A DNA stretch of 64,000 nt from the human T2T-CHM13v2.0 reference genome, Homo sapiens, in assembly GCF_009914755.1 (NCBI RefSeq), contig NC_060925.1, one strand, 5' to 3'. Within the stretch, counting starts at the first letter, position 1. The number at the start of each line of letters is the position of its first letter. Shown in pieces: positions 12,398-27,619 of the stretch. The translations under genes and the position numbers were made by a program. The notes under the pieces were generated by a model. The model did not search any database. It worked only from the letters and a program-made list of their open reading frames with translations, and was not told the origin of the DNA.

Positions 12398-12999
12398 CAC
12401 TATGAGGAGCATGTTTGTCTTTCTGGGACATGTTCATTGAATTTTATCTGAGAAAAATGATTTTTTTATTGAAGCTTTTATTATTCATATATTGTTTCTT
12501 CAGATTATCATTTTCTTTCTTTTTTTTTACATTTTAATTTCCACAGATTATTGGGGAACAGGTGATGTTTGGTTACATGAGTAAGTTCTTTAGCGGTGAT
12601 TTGTGAGATTTTGGTGCACCCATCACCCAAGCAATATACACTGTAAACAATTTGTAGTATGTTATCCCTTACCCCCCCCTTACCATTTCCCCGAGTCCTT
12701 AAGGTCCACTGTGTCATTCTTATGCCTTTGCATCTTCATAGCTTACCTCCCACTTATGAGTGAGAACACACTATGTTTGGTTTTCCATTCCTGAGTTACT
12801 ACTTCACTTAGAATAACAAACTCCAATTTCATCCAGGTTACTGAGAATGCAACTAATTCATTCCTTTTTATGGCTGAGTAGTATTCCATCATATATTATG
12901 CACCATGGTTTCTTTATCCACTCGTTGGCTGATGGGCATTTGGGTTGGTTCCACGTTTTTGCAATTGAGAATTGTGCTGCTATAAACGTGTGTGCAAGT

Positions 13000-15900
13000 A
13001 TCTTTTTCTTATAATGACTTCTTTTCCCCTGAGTAGATACCCAGTAGTGGGATTGCTGGATCAAATGGTAGTTCTACTTTTAGTTCTTTAAGGAATCTCC
13101 ACACTGTTTTCCATAGTTTACATTCTCATGAACCATGTGGAATTATTCCCTGTTCACTGCATCCATGCCAACATCTATTAAGTTTTGATTATGGCCATTC
13201 TTGGCATGAGTAAGGTGGTATCGCATTGTGGTTTTGATTTGTATTTCCCTGATAATCAGTGATGTTGAGCATTTTTTCATATGTTTGTTGGCCATTTGTA
13301 TAACTTCTTTTGAGAATTGTCTATTCATGTCCTTAGCCCACTTTTTAATGGTTTTTTTTCTTGGTAATTTGTTTGAGTTCGTTGTAGATTCTGGATATTA
13401 GTCTTTTGTCAGATATATAGATTGTAAAAAAATTTTTTTCACTCTGTGGGTTTTCTGTATACTCTGCTGACTATCCCTTTTGCTGTGCAAAAGCTCTTTA
13501 GTTTAATTAACTCCCAGTTATTTATCCTTGTTTTTATTGCATTTGCATTTGGGTTCTTGGTCATGAAATCCTTGCCTACACCAAGGTTTACAAGGGTTTT
13601 TTCAATGTTATCGTCTAGAATTTTTATTGTTTCAGGACTTTAAGTCCTTGATTCATCTCAAGTTGATTTTTGTATAGGTGAGAGATGAGGATCCAGTTTC
13701 ATTCTCCTACATCTGGCTTGCCAATTATCCCAGCACCATTTGTTGAATAGGGTTTCCTTTCCCCACTTTATGTTTCTGTTTGCTTTGTTGAAGATCAGTT
13801 GGCTGTAAGTGTTTGAGTTTATTTCTGGGTTCTCTATTCTTTTCCACTGGTCTATGTGCCTATTTCTATATCGGTACCATACTGTTTTGATGGCTATGGC
13901 CTTATAGTATAGTTTGAAGTCAGGTAATGTGATACCTCCAGATTTGTTCTTTTTTGCGTAGTCTTGCTTTGGCTATGCGGGCTCTTTTTTGGTTTTATAT
14001 GAATTTCAGGATTGTTTTTTCCAGTTCTGTAAAGAGTGATGGTGGTATTTTGATGGGAATTGCATTGAATTTTTAGATTGCTTTTGTCAATATGGTCATT
14101 TTTACAATATTGATTCCACCCATCCACGAGCATGGGATGTGTTTCCATTTGTTTGTGTTGTCTATGATTTTTTCAGCAGTGTTTTCTAGTTTTTCTTGTA
14201 GAGGTATTTCACTTCCTTGGTTAGGTATATTCCTAAGCATTTTATTTTATTTTATTTTGCAGCTGTTGTAAAAGGGGTTGAGTTCTTGACTTGATTCTCA
14301 GCTTGGTTGCTCTTGGTGTATAGGAGAGCTACTGATTTGCGTACATTAATTTTGTGTCTGGAAACGTTACTGAATTCTTTTATCAGATCTAGGAGCTTTC
14401 TGGAGAAGTCTTTAGGGTTTTCTAAGTAAACCATCATATCATCAGCAAACAGCAACGGTTTAACTTCCTCTTTACCGATTTAGATGCCCTTTATTTCTTT
14501 CTCTTGTCTAATTGCTCTGGCTAGGACTTCCAGCACTATGTTGAAGAGAAGTGGGGAGAGTGGGCATTCTTGTCTTGTTCCGGTTCTCAGAGGGAATGCT
14601 TTCAACTTTTCCTCATTCAGTATTATGTTGGCTGTGGGTTTGTCATAGATGGCTTTTATTACATTGAGATATGTCCCTTGTATGCCAATTTTGCTAAGAG
14701 TTTTAATCATAAAGCAATGCTGGATTTTGTCAAATGCTTTTTCTGCATCTATTGAGATGATCATGTGATTTTTGTTTTTAATCCTTTTTGTGTCGTGTAC
14801 CACATTTATTGACTTGTGTATGTTAAACCGTTCCTGCATCCCTTGTGTATGACTTGTGTGAAACCCATGATCAAGTGGGTTTCATATTGACTTTTGTATG
14901 AAACCCACTTGACCATGGTGGATTATCTTTTAGATCTGTTGTTGGATTTGGTTAGCTAGTATTTTGTTAAGGATTTTTGCATCTATGTTCATCAGGGATA
15001 TTGGTCTGTAGTTTTTTTTTTTTTTTTTAATTATGTCCTTTTCTGGTTTTGGTATTACGGTGACACTGGCTTCATAGAATGATTTAGGGAGGATTCCCTC
15101 TTTCTCTATCTTGTGGAATAGTGTCAATAGGATTGGTACCAATTCTTCTGAATATCTGATAGTATTCTGCTGTGAATCTGTCTGGTCCTGGACTTTTTTT
15201 TATTGGTAATTTTTTAAATTACCATTTCAATCTTGCTGCTTGTTATTGGTCTGTTCAGGGTATCTAATTCTTCCTGACTTAAGGTAGGAGGGTTGTATCT
15301 TTCAGGAATTTATCCATCTCCTCTAGGTTTTCTACTTTATACACGTAAAGGTGTTCATAGTAGCCTTGAATGATCTTTCATATTTCTGTGGTGTCAGTTG
15401 TAATATCTCCTGTTTTGTTTCTAATTGAGCTTATTTGGATTTTCTGTCTTCTTTTCTTGGTTAATCTTGCTAATGGTCTACCAATTTTATTTATCTTTTC
15501 AAAGAACCAGCTTTTTGTTTCATTTGTCTTTTGTTTTGTATTTTTTTGTTTCAATTTCATTTAGTTCTGCTCTGATCTTGGTTATTTCCTTTCTTCTGCT
15601 GGGTTTGGGTTTGGTTTGTTCTTGTTTCTCTAGTTCCTTGTGGTGTGAGCTTAGGTTGTCTGTTTGTGCTCTTTCAGACTTTTTGATATAGGCATTTAGG
15701 GCTGTGAACTTTCCTCTTAGCACTGCCTTTGCTGTATCCCAGAGGTTTTGATAGGTTGTGTCACTATTGTTGTTTAGTTCAAAGAATTTTTAAATTTTCA
15801 TCTTGATTTCATTTTTGACCCAATGGTCATTCAGGAGCAGGTTATTTAATTTCCATGTATTTGCATGGTTTTGAAGGTTGCTTTTGGGGTTGACTTCCAG

Positions 15901-16602
15901 TTTTATTCCATTGTGCTCTGAGAGAGTGCCTGATATAATTTCAATTTTCTTAAATTTGTTGAGGCTCGTTTTGTGGCCTATCATATGGTTTATCTTGAAG
16001 AAAGTTCCATGCAGTGATGACTAGAATGTATATTCTGTGGTTGTTGGGTAGAATGTTCTGTAAATATCTGTTAAGTCCATTTGTTCCATGGTATAGTTTA
16101 AATCCATTGTTTCTTTGTTGACTTTCTGTCTTGATGACCTGTCTAGTGCTGTCAGTGGAGTATTGAATTCCCCCACTATTATCATATTGCTGTCCATTTC
16201 ATTTCTTAGGTCTATTAGTAATTGTTTTATAAATTTGGAAGCTCCAGTTTTAGGTGCATATATATTTAAAATTGTGATATTTTCCTCTTGGACAAGGCCT
16301 TTTATCATTATATAATGTCCCTCTTTGTCTTTTTCAACTGCCGTTGTTTTAAAGTTTGTTTTGTCTGATATAAGAATAGCTACTTCTGTTAGCTTTTGGT
16401 GTCCATTTGCATGGAATGTCTTTTTCCACCCCTTTACCTTAAGCTTATGTGAGTCCTTACATGTTAGGGGAGTCTTTTGAACACAGCAGATACTTGGATG
16501 GTGAATTCTTATCCATTCTGCAATTCTGTATCTTTTAAGTGGAGCATTTAGGCCATGTACATTCAACGTTAGTATTGAGATGTGAGGTACCATTCCATTC
16601 AT
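13000..16602 (-). pseudogene. L1 ORF2 (endonuclease/reverse transcriptase), disrupted
   Basis: EN: HISILTLNVHGLNAPLKR (16021-16602); RT: [46 protein letters not shown]; broken by stops and frameshifts. Confidence 0.93.
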
Positions 16603-16720
16603 CGTGCTATTTGTTGCCTTTATACCTTTTTTTTCAATTATATTTTTGTTTTATAGGTCCTATGAGATGTATGCCTTAAAGAGGTTCTGTTTGATGTGCT
16701 TCCAGGATTTATTTCAAATT

Positions 16721-18951
<2,231 letters not shown>

Positions 18952-19499
18952 TTGGGTAGGCTCTGTCAGAGGGAAGGTCTAGGGCTCAAGGCTGTTGTTC
19001 AGATTCTTTTGTCCCACAGGGCGTTCCTTTGATGTAGTACTCTCTCCCTTTTTCTCAGGATGTGGCTTCCTGAGAGCTGAGCTGTAGTGATTGTTATCTC
19101 TTCTGGATCTAGCTACCCAGCAAGTCTACCAGGCTTCGGGCTGGTACTGGGGGTTGTCTGCACAGAGTCTTGTGATGTGAACCATTTGTGGGTTTCTCAG
19201 CTGTGGATACCAGCACAGTATTTGGGGTGTCTCCTGCGTCCTGCAGGAGCAATCCGTTTCCTTCAGAGGGTCTGTGGGTTCTGTTAGCTTTCCTGATTTA
19301 TTCCTGCAGTTGTTCTGGAGCAAAAGTTCATGATGCAAGACTCTATATGCTGCTCTGCCCATCCGAGTGGGAGGGGAAATCTAGTCCTGCCTTCCGTCTG
19401 CCATGATTTCCTCCTTCTGAAGCCAGAGTATCATTTTCTAAATTGGGACTTGGTTTCACCAGCATGGGTATACAAATGGAGGCAATTTAAGAGTAGCAA

Positions 19500-19720
19500 T
19501 TATAGGTACTGCCTAATTTGTACAATGTACCATGCCAGGTACTTTCTATATGCTACTTCTGATTCTCACAACAACCTTATGGGTTAGATTTATTTCTATT
19601 TACATATATGGAGACTGAAGCTCCAAGAGGTAAAAAGAACTCAAAACTATACACTAGTCAGAAGCTGGGATTCCAACCCATGTCTGTTGGGCTCCACAGT
19701 CTTTTCTACTATATGTCTCA
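19500..19720 (-). mobile_element. MIR SINE
   Basis: taccatgccaggtact...ttctcacaacaaccttatg...gctgggattccaaccc. Confidence 0.7.
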
Positions 19721-20144
19721 GTGCCCCTCCAGCATGAAAGACCATTTTATGTGAAGACTTACCAAGCTGAAACATTTGGACTTGGAAGATTTAATACGCA
19801 ATCACTGTTCTCAGAGATCTTTCAGTCTAGCTAGAAAGGCAAACAACTTCATTGCTACTGTCATCACTTTGCAAACATTTCTATAACGCTATAATTTACA
19901 AAGGGTGCTCTCATTCTTTTGGTATTTCAGGAAGTATTGTAGAGCTGGACTTAACTGACAGAAATTGAAGTACATGCACCTGGATAATGGAGATACTTAC
20001 GAAGGAGCAATCATTAACTGTGATTGTGTGGGAGATGCAGAGGAGATGTCTCAGGAATTGAATCTTGATGAATGAGAAGGATTTCTATAGGCAGAAGGGT
20101 GCTCTGGGCAGAAACAGCCACATTATGAATGGTAAACACCCATG

Positions 20145-20700
20145 CTGCAGCCTCATCGCCCTCTAATCCACCCCACTTCCTGCAGTCAGAGTGAGCTTTC
20201 TAAAACACAAGACTGTTGCTTCCTGGCTTAAAAGATTTTCGTGGTTCCATTACCCTGGGATATAGTCCCAACTCCCTGCGATGGTTTGGGAGGCTGCACA
20301 GTCTGGGTGAAATACTGTTCTCACATTTCCACCTCTTTCTTATTTCCCACCCTACAGTGATTTGTTTCCTTGAATATACCAACCCTTCTCTCACCTTGGG
20401 GCTTTTATTCAGACTTTTCTTGACTTGACTATCCTTCCTTTCACTGACCACTTGCTTTTCTTGCTAATGCTTTTTCATTCCTTCAAGATTCAGTTAGTTG
20501 CCTCCTCGGTGGTCTGTGGATACACCTTGCTTGCCTCTGTCATAACTGCCATCCACCTCATTGAGACAGCCTCTCTTATGTGACTCCCACATCACCCAGA
20601 CAGTAAACAACTTGAGGGCAAGGACTGTGTCTTATTCATTACATACAGAGCATTTAGCATATTGTGAATGATCAATAAATATCTGTTGAATGAATAAATG
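20145..20700 (+). mobile_element. L2 LINE 3' fragment
   Basis: cttgagggcaaggactgtgtcttattca...caataaatatctgttgaatgaataaatg. Confidence 0.75.
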
Positions 20701-21079
20701 AGAATATTCCCATTTACTAAGGATGCTGACCTGCCCTTAGGGATATATCAAGCCGGGTTTCATGGTGAATGCATAAGAAGGACTGTAGAGAAAGCAGTAT
20801 ATTAAAAATGCATGACTCAGGATATTACTACAAACCAATTTGTGTCTCCCATGTTGCTATACATTTATTTAATAGGACTAATTCTTCCCCTACCACTGGA
20901 TTAAAAAAAATGTGCAGTCCCATGACTTTTCTAGTAATCCTTAAGTTATACAAACCATCTCAATTTACTAATTAGAAAATCAGCAGTCAAGTCTGAGCTT
21001 CCCTGATGACTTGCTAGCCTAGCCCCTCCTGTTTAATTCCCCGCTGTTACTCTCTATGATAAGTATCCATTACTTTTCA

Positions 21080-21500
21080 CCTTGAGTATTGCAGTACCTC
21101 TTCACTGGCCTCCAAGTTTGTCTCTCTGATTTTCTAAAGGACAGCTGAAGTTCTTTCTGCAGAAATTTTCAGTGGCTCCCAATCACCTAAAGAGTCAAAT
21201 CCAAATTCTTAACTTTACATTCAAGATTCTCCATGATCTGACTCCAGCCCTTTCTCCAGTTTTATCCTCATCAACCTTATAAGTCTATGCTGCCATTAAA
21301 TTTCCCAGTGTTCCCTGAACATGCCTTTGCTCATGCTCTTCTATCAGCCTGGATGCCTGACCCTCTTCTTTGCCTAACAAGACTGACTCCATCCTACGGG
21401 CTGTGGCTCAAACACTCTTCTCTGTGAGGCCTTCCCCAGCTCTTCAGTTAGAATTACTAAATCCTTTCTCAGTATTCCCATAGCTGCAGTAGGACTTTTA
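21080..21500 (+). mobile_element. L2 LINE fragment
   Basis: cagtggctcccaatcacctaaagagtcaaatccaaattcttaac...gcctttgctcatgctctt. Confidence 0.6.
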
Positions 21501-21759
21501 AAAAGCCCAGTGCTTTCCACCTCAATGAAACACATAATTATTAAATGCCCAATTGTAGGCAATGCATCAGCTGTTGGCTACTGTGATACAGGAGTTTTAT
21601 GGGGGTTGTTTTAACAGGAATTTAAGATCTGTAGATTAGTGAACCATGAGGGCCTCTAGAAGAAATAGGAAGTAACTCCTCACCTCTTTATTGTGAGGTG
21701 GTGAGGGATATATTACAGAAATAAATAAGGATTCTTCCCAGCGTAGTCTCTTTAAAAAA

Positions 21760-22830
21760 GAAACATGGAAATGGCCAAATGTCTGTCAAAAACGAATGGA
21801 TAAATTTGTTTTTCTGTAAAGTCATACAATCTACTTTACAGTAATGAAAATGGTTGATGCCACCTACACACATCAATATGGATGAGTCTCAAAAACACAT
21901 TATTAAACAAAATAAAATTACTCACAGAAGAATACATCAATATGATTTCAGGTGTGATGTAAAGTTCAAAAATAGGCAAAAATATATCCTTTGTATACAC
22001 ATAGAAAGTACAAGTTGAAGAGAAAAAGGGAATGATGAACACAGGGTTCAGGATGGTGACCACCTGTGGGTGGAGAGGGGCAGTCCATGAGGTGGGGCAG
22101 AACTGATGAACTACAATGACACATCATCATCACCCAGAATCTACAGTTTAACTTAGGGGGTCACTCTTGGCATTGACATTCTACGGATTTTGATAAATGT
22201 ATAATGACATGTATCCACCATTAGAGTATCATACAGAATAGTTTCACTGCCCTAAAAATCCTCTGTGCTCCATTTATTCATTTGACCCTCCCCCTCCTAA
22301 CCCTGGCAACCACTGGCCTTTTTACTGTATTCATGGTTTTGCCTTTTTCATAATGTCATCTAGTTGGAATCGTACAGGATGTAGCCTTTTCAGACTGGCT
22401 TTGTTCACTTAGCAATATGCATTTAGAGTTCCTCCATGTCTTTGCCATCTTTGTAACTATTCTGAATCATCTGAAATGTGTCTTTTATAAGCAGCATTTT
22501 TTCCCTTCAGTCTAATGATCTACGTATTTCATTGAAATATTTATTATGTTTACATTTACTGCATTTGCAGATATGTTTAGGTGTACAACTATCATTTTGC
22601 CACACCTTTCTACTTATACCCGTTCCATGTTCCTTTCTCCTCTCCTTTCTTGCCTTCTTTTGAGTTATTTGTTTTTATTATTCAGTTCTTTCCTCTTTGT
22701 AAATAAGTTTCTTACACATTATTTTACTAATTTTAATGGTTAGTCTAGAGATTGCAACAAGCATTACTGACCTATTAATGTCTAATATAAATTAATATTT
22801 TTACCATTTCCTGTACGAAATAAGGACATT
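21760..22830. mobile_element. Cluster of old L1M fragments (L1ME +, L1MC -, L1M ORF2 -)
   Basis: L1ME-like 21760-22100; L1MC-like 22100-22445 (atacagaatagtttcactgccctaaaaatcctctgtgctcc); T-rich L1M 22450-22830. Confidence 0.7.
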
Positions 22831-23691
22831 ATTTTTTATGCTTTATTTTTTTAATATAACAGTCTTAAAACACATAGGCAAATGATTAAAAATTGAAGTA
22901 CACATATTCTACTGAGGGTAAACATTCAATACATTGGCTGATAATGGCAATAAATACTAAAGTGTAAACATGAAAACGAGTAACTGCCCATGTAAAGGCA
23001 AGTTATCTGCTCACTCACTGTTAATCAAACTCTAGTTTTCTTCAAGTTATGCCCAAATTCTTTCCTAATAGAAAGCAGAAATGTATTAATTCATCGGATA
23101 TTTACTTATATGCCCGCTGTGTTTTACATTGTTCTTGGCACTGCAGATACCAGTGTTAACGATATGGACATGATACAAACAATGTAAAGTAATTACGATG
23201 GTGCCTTGAGTTTCATAAGCACCAACAACAGTTATATTACCCTTATTACTGCTACTACACATACTTAGCCTGAAAGCCTTGAAACTTTGAAGCAGTTTAG
23301 CACCAAATTCCCTCAAGACAGCTTTTTCCACCTTTGAAGGTTTATCTCTGTAATAGTATGTTAGTCAGATTAAGTTGTTTAATTCTACAGGATCACAACC
23401 CCGAGAGTTTTAGTAGCTTTAAACGAGAATCTTTTTCTTGTTCATATACAGTCTTCTTTGACTCTGAGCTTCTTTTCAGTATGCCTGTCCTCCATATGCA
23501 GGCTCAGGACTTCAGGCATTTTGTACTTGTCACACTTTATGTCAAAGCTTGCTCCTACAATCACCACTGCAGAGGAAGTATAGCTGGAGAGTCTTCAATC
23601 ACATTTTGTTGGCTAAAGCAAGTTATTTGGACCCTTCTAACATCAAGAGGGCTGGATAAGAGCAATTTTCCTATCAGTCTGGAAGGAATCA

Positions 23692-24084
23692 TGCTACAGT
23701 TTGAATGTGTTCCCTAAAGTTCATGTTTTGGGAACAGAATCCCCCGTGCAACAGTGCTGGGAAGTAGGGCCTAGTAAGAAGTGATTGAGTCAGAAGGGTC
23801 TGCCCTCATGAATGGATTAATGTCATTATCTCATAAATGGGTTAGTTATTGAGAGACCAGGTTTGTTATAAAATAAAGTTCAGCCCCCCCTTGCTTTCTG
23901 CCCTGTCTTCCTCTTCCATCTTCGGCCATGGGCTGGCACAGCATGAAGGCTGTCACCAGATGCTGGTGGTGCCATGCTCTTGGACTTCCCAACCTCCAAA
24001 ACTGTGAGCCCAGTAAACTTCTATTGTTTATAAATTTCCCAGTCTCAGGTATTCTGTCATAGTAACACAAAACAGATTAAGACA
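23692..24084 (+). mobile_element. MST-type (MSTC-like) MaLR solo LTR
   Basis: TG...CA termini: tgctacagtttgaatgtg...ctcaggtattctgtcatagtaacacaaaacagattaagaca. Confidence 0.85.
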
Positions 24085-24635
24085 AGTGGGTATCAAATAC
24101 TGATGAACGATGGTGCAGCCATGGGTAATCTAATTAAGGTGCCCATTACAAAGTGCTCTCACATACCACCCCTACCTCCACTTAGGCTCTGAACCACCCT
24201 ACAAGGAAATTATTGTTTAATTTATCCAGATGAGAGCGTACACCTTGCTCACCCAAAATCATTATTACTATAAGAAGTAGTGAAATAATCAAATCCTATG
24301 CTTGACACTAGTAACATTTTATTGCACCTTTCATATCTCACATAAAGGAAGAATCATGAACGTAATTTATGCTCTGCTTTAAAGCTCCCAAACATTAACA
24401 TAATATGAGTCATACATCTTATACTTAGGAATGTTCATTAAAGAGCAGCCATCTGATTGCTCCACCACACATATTGTACACTTTATTATATAAAGGAACA
24501 TTATTCGACTGCTTTATCAGTGCTTACACTCCTAATTTCTTCTTGTAAAAGTTTTAAAATGCTGAGAACTGCAACTTGCCTTAATAATTTCCATTGTACT
24601 TTCTTTCCTAGTTGAACTAAACACTGGACAACAGC

Positions 24636-25130
24636 ATGGTAGGATGAGTGACAGTCCCCCCTAAAAGTCCATGCCTTAATTCCAGATACCTATGAGTATG
24701 TTGCCTTATGTAGCAAAAGAAACTTTGTAGATATGAGCAGTTTAAGGATCTTTAGTTGGGGTGTTTATACTCAATTATGTGAGTGGGCCCAAAGTAATCA
24801 CAAGGGTCTTTGTAAAAGGGAGAGAAGAGAGTCACAGTCAGAAAAGGGAGGTAGAAGAACAGAGGCAGAGGTTGGAGCAGTGCTCTCTGTAGATGTAGTA
24901 AAGGACCATGAGCCAAAGAATGCAGGAGACCTCTAGAAGCTGGAAAAGTCAAGGAAATAGAGTCTCCTCTGGAGCCTCCAGAAAAAACGCATCCCAGCCA
25001 ACACCTTGATTTTAGCCCCATAAGACTCCACTTCAAACTTCAGACCTCCGGAACTGCTAGATAGTATATATTTATTGTTTTTGCCACCAACTTTGTGATA
25101 ATTTAATATAGCAACAATAGAAACAAATAC
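24636..25130 (+). mobile_element. MLT1D-like MaLR solo LTR
   Basis: gggcccaaagtaatcacaagggtc...ctctagaagctggaaaagtcaaggaa...acaccttgattttagcccc. Confidence 0.85.
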
Positions 25131-25491
25131 TTTAGGTAATCAGAAATGCAGCATCCTGGAGTTATGCCTCATCCTCAGCTCTCCTCAAGAGATTGCTTAG
25201 TTCTTCTCCCCATACTGGTCTTCTTCAAATTTCATTATTGATTCCCTTGCATCATTATTAGTCCCTCCTCTCTTTTTTATTACCTATTACAACACAGCTT
25301 GGGGATAAAAAGTATTTTTGATTCATGTTAGATATAATTGTAAGATGCTTCCTCTAATCCATTTTAAAGTAGATAGGGTGTAAATTTTACATAAAAGGAA
25401 GGAGAAAGAAAGAAAAGAAGTCACATGGGCTTGGGAATCAGAGTGGAGCTTGAATACAAGCACCACTGGGTATTAGCAGTGTGTACTTGGG

Positions 25492-25853
25492 TGTTATGGG
25501 ATGAATGTTTGTGTTTCTCCAAAATTCACATGTTGAAGCCCTAATCCCTAATGTAGTGGTATTTGGAGATGTGGCATTTGGGAGGTTATTAGGGTTAGAT
25601 TAAGTCATGACAGAAGGATCCTCATTATGTCTTTATAAAAAGTGAAGAAGACAGATCTCTCTCTCTACCATGTGAAAACAAAGCAAGGGAGCAGCCATCT
25701 GTAAATCAGGAAGAGGGCCCTCAGCAGATACCAAATCTACAGGCATCTTGATCTTGGACTTCCCAGCCTCCAGAGCTGTGAGAAATAAATGTGTGTTGTT
25801 TAAGCCACTCATTCTACAGTATTTTGTTATAGCAGTCCAAACTGACTAAGACG
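25492..25853 (+). mobile_element. MLT1A-type MaLR solo LTR
   Basis: tgttatgggatgaatg...gactaagacg; 5-bp TSD ttggg/ttgag. Confidence 0.85.
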
Positions 25854-25998
25854 TTGAGCAAGTAGCTTAATCTCTCTATTCGTTTTTTAATACATAAACT
25901 TGAAAATAATGCTTTTGTTCTCAAAGGGCTGGTGTAAAAATTAGATGATGTATAGAGAAACAGCACTCATATAGAGAAAAGCTTAACATGTTGCTTGG

Positions 25999-26381
25999 TG
26001 TTATATGGTAAATTGTGTCCTCCAACCCTACAATTTATATGTTGAAGTCCTAACTGCTAGCATCTCAGACCATGACTGTATTTGGAGATAAGGTCTTTAA
26101 AGAAGTAATTAAGATCTCTGAATTAGGTTGGACCCTAATCCAATATGACTGGTGTCCATATACGAAGGGGAGGTTATGACACAGAAATACAGAGGGAAGA
26201 TCACGTGAAGACATAGGGAAAAGAAACATCTACAAGCCAAGGAGAGAACCCTCAGAAGAGACCAACCCTGCCAACACCTTGATCTTGGGCTTCTAGCCTC
26301 CACAATTGTAAGAAAATAAATTTATGTTTTTTAAACCACCCAGTTGGTACATTGTTATGGCAGCACTAGTAAACCAGTACA
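25999..26381 (+). mobile_element. MLT1B-type MaLR solo LTR
   Basis: tgttatatggtaaattgtgtcc...gaccctaatccaatatgactggtgtcc...aaaccagtaca; TSD cttgg/cctgg. Confidence 0.85.
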
Positions 26382-27006
26382 CCTGGAATCTGCTAGACAA
26401 GTACTAAAATAAAATGTAAACTATTAATTTTGATTATTTTGTCAGTAGCCTCCACTTCCACTGCATTACAACCATCTACTTCTGGGCTTGCCACTATTTG
26501 AAACCACTTCACCTATGAAATTTTAAAGTAGGAGAATCCCTTTTTCTGATCACAAGATGTAACCCCTCTATCCCTTTTAAACTACTGGTCTTGTAGTCTG
26601 TCCTCTTTGAGAGAACTCAATCTCATCACAAGATGGGAGGATCTTGTGGTGTGTCAACAGTGTGTCAGTACTGGCCTGGATTCATCTCATTCCCTCCCCA
26701 CCTTGGACCTAATGGCAAGGAAATTTTGTATTTTCACCATTCATTCCATTTACTCTCCCATTCTCCTTGCCCTACCCCTCATAATTGGTCCCCTGCTCTG
26801 GAGATATAATTTGCTTTTTTTGATTCTATTCTCAAATTATTGTGTGAATGGCCAAGAAAATTTTACAGCCTTGTATCTTGGTGCCACATCTGCTTAATGA
26901 GTGTAGAGAATGCAACAAATGCTGTTTTAGGCTTGGCTTTCACAACCATCCTATGTGACAATTACTCTCATTTTATAGTTAAGAATAATCTCTACTGCTT
27001 AATGAG

Positions 27007-27120
27007 TACAATAACTCTTCAACATTATCAATAGGTTCTTGGAAACTTCAACTTTAAGCAAAACAACATACAGTAGGTTCTTGAATAATGTTGTTTCTTT
27101 CAATGTCTATATAAAGTCGA
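27007..27120. mobile_element. MER47/Tigger5-like DNA transposon end fragment
   Basis: caataggttcttggaaacttcaactttaagcaaaacaacatacagtaggttcttgaataatg. Confidence 0.55.
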
Positions 27121-27261
27121 TTACTTGTGCAATTTGGTGCCCTATGTTAGGATCAACATATCTGTGATTCTCTTAATCGTTCCCACCCTTGTTATACAAT
27201 GGTTATAAGATGGCTGCTGAAGCATCCATGTTCATGTTAATAAGAGAAAACTTTCGCCTAA

Positions 27262-27612
<351 letters not shown>

Positions 27613-27619
27613 TAAATGC

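Larger units (their letters stand above)
25420..26430 (+). mobile_element. MIR split into three pieces by two MLT1 LTRs
   Basis: Collinear MIR pieces at about 25420-25491, 25854-25998 and 26382-26430. Confidence 0.6.
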
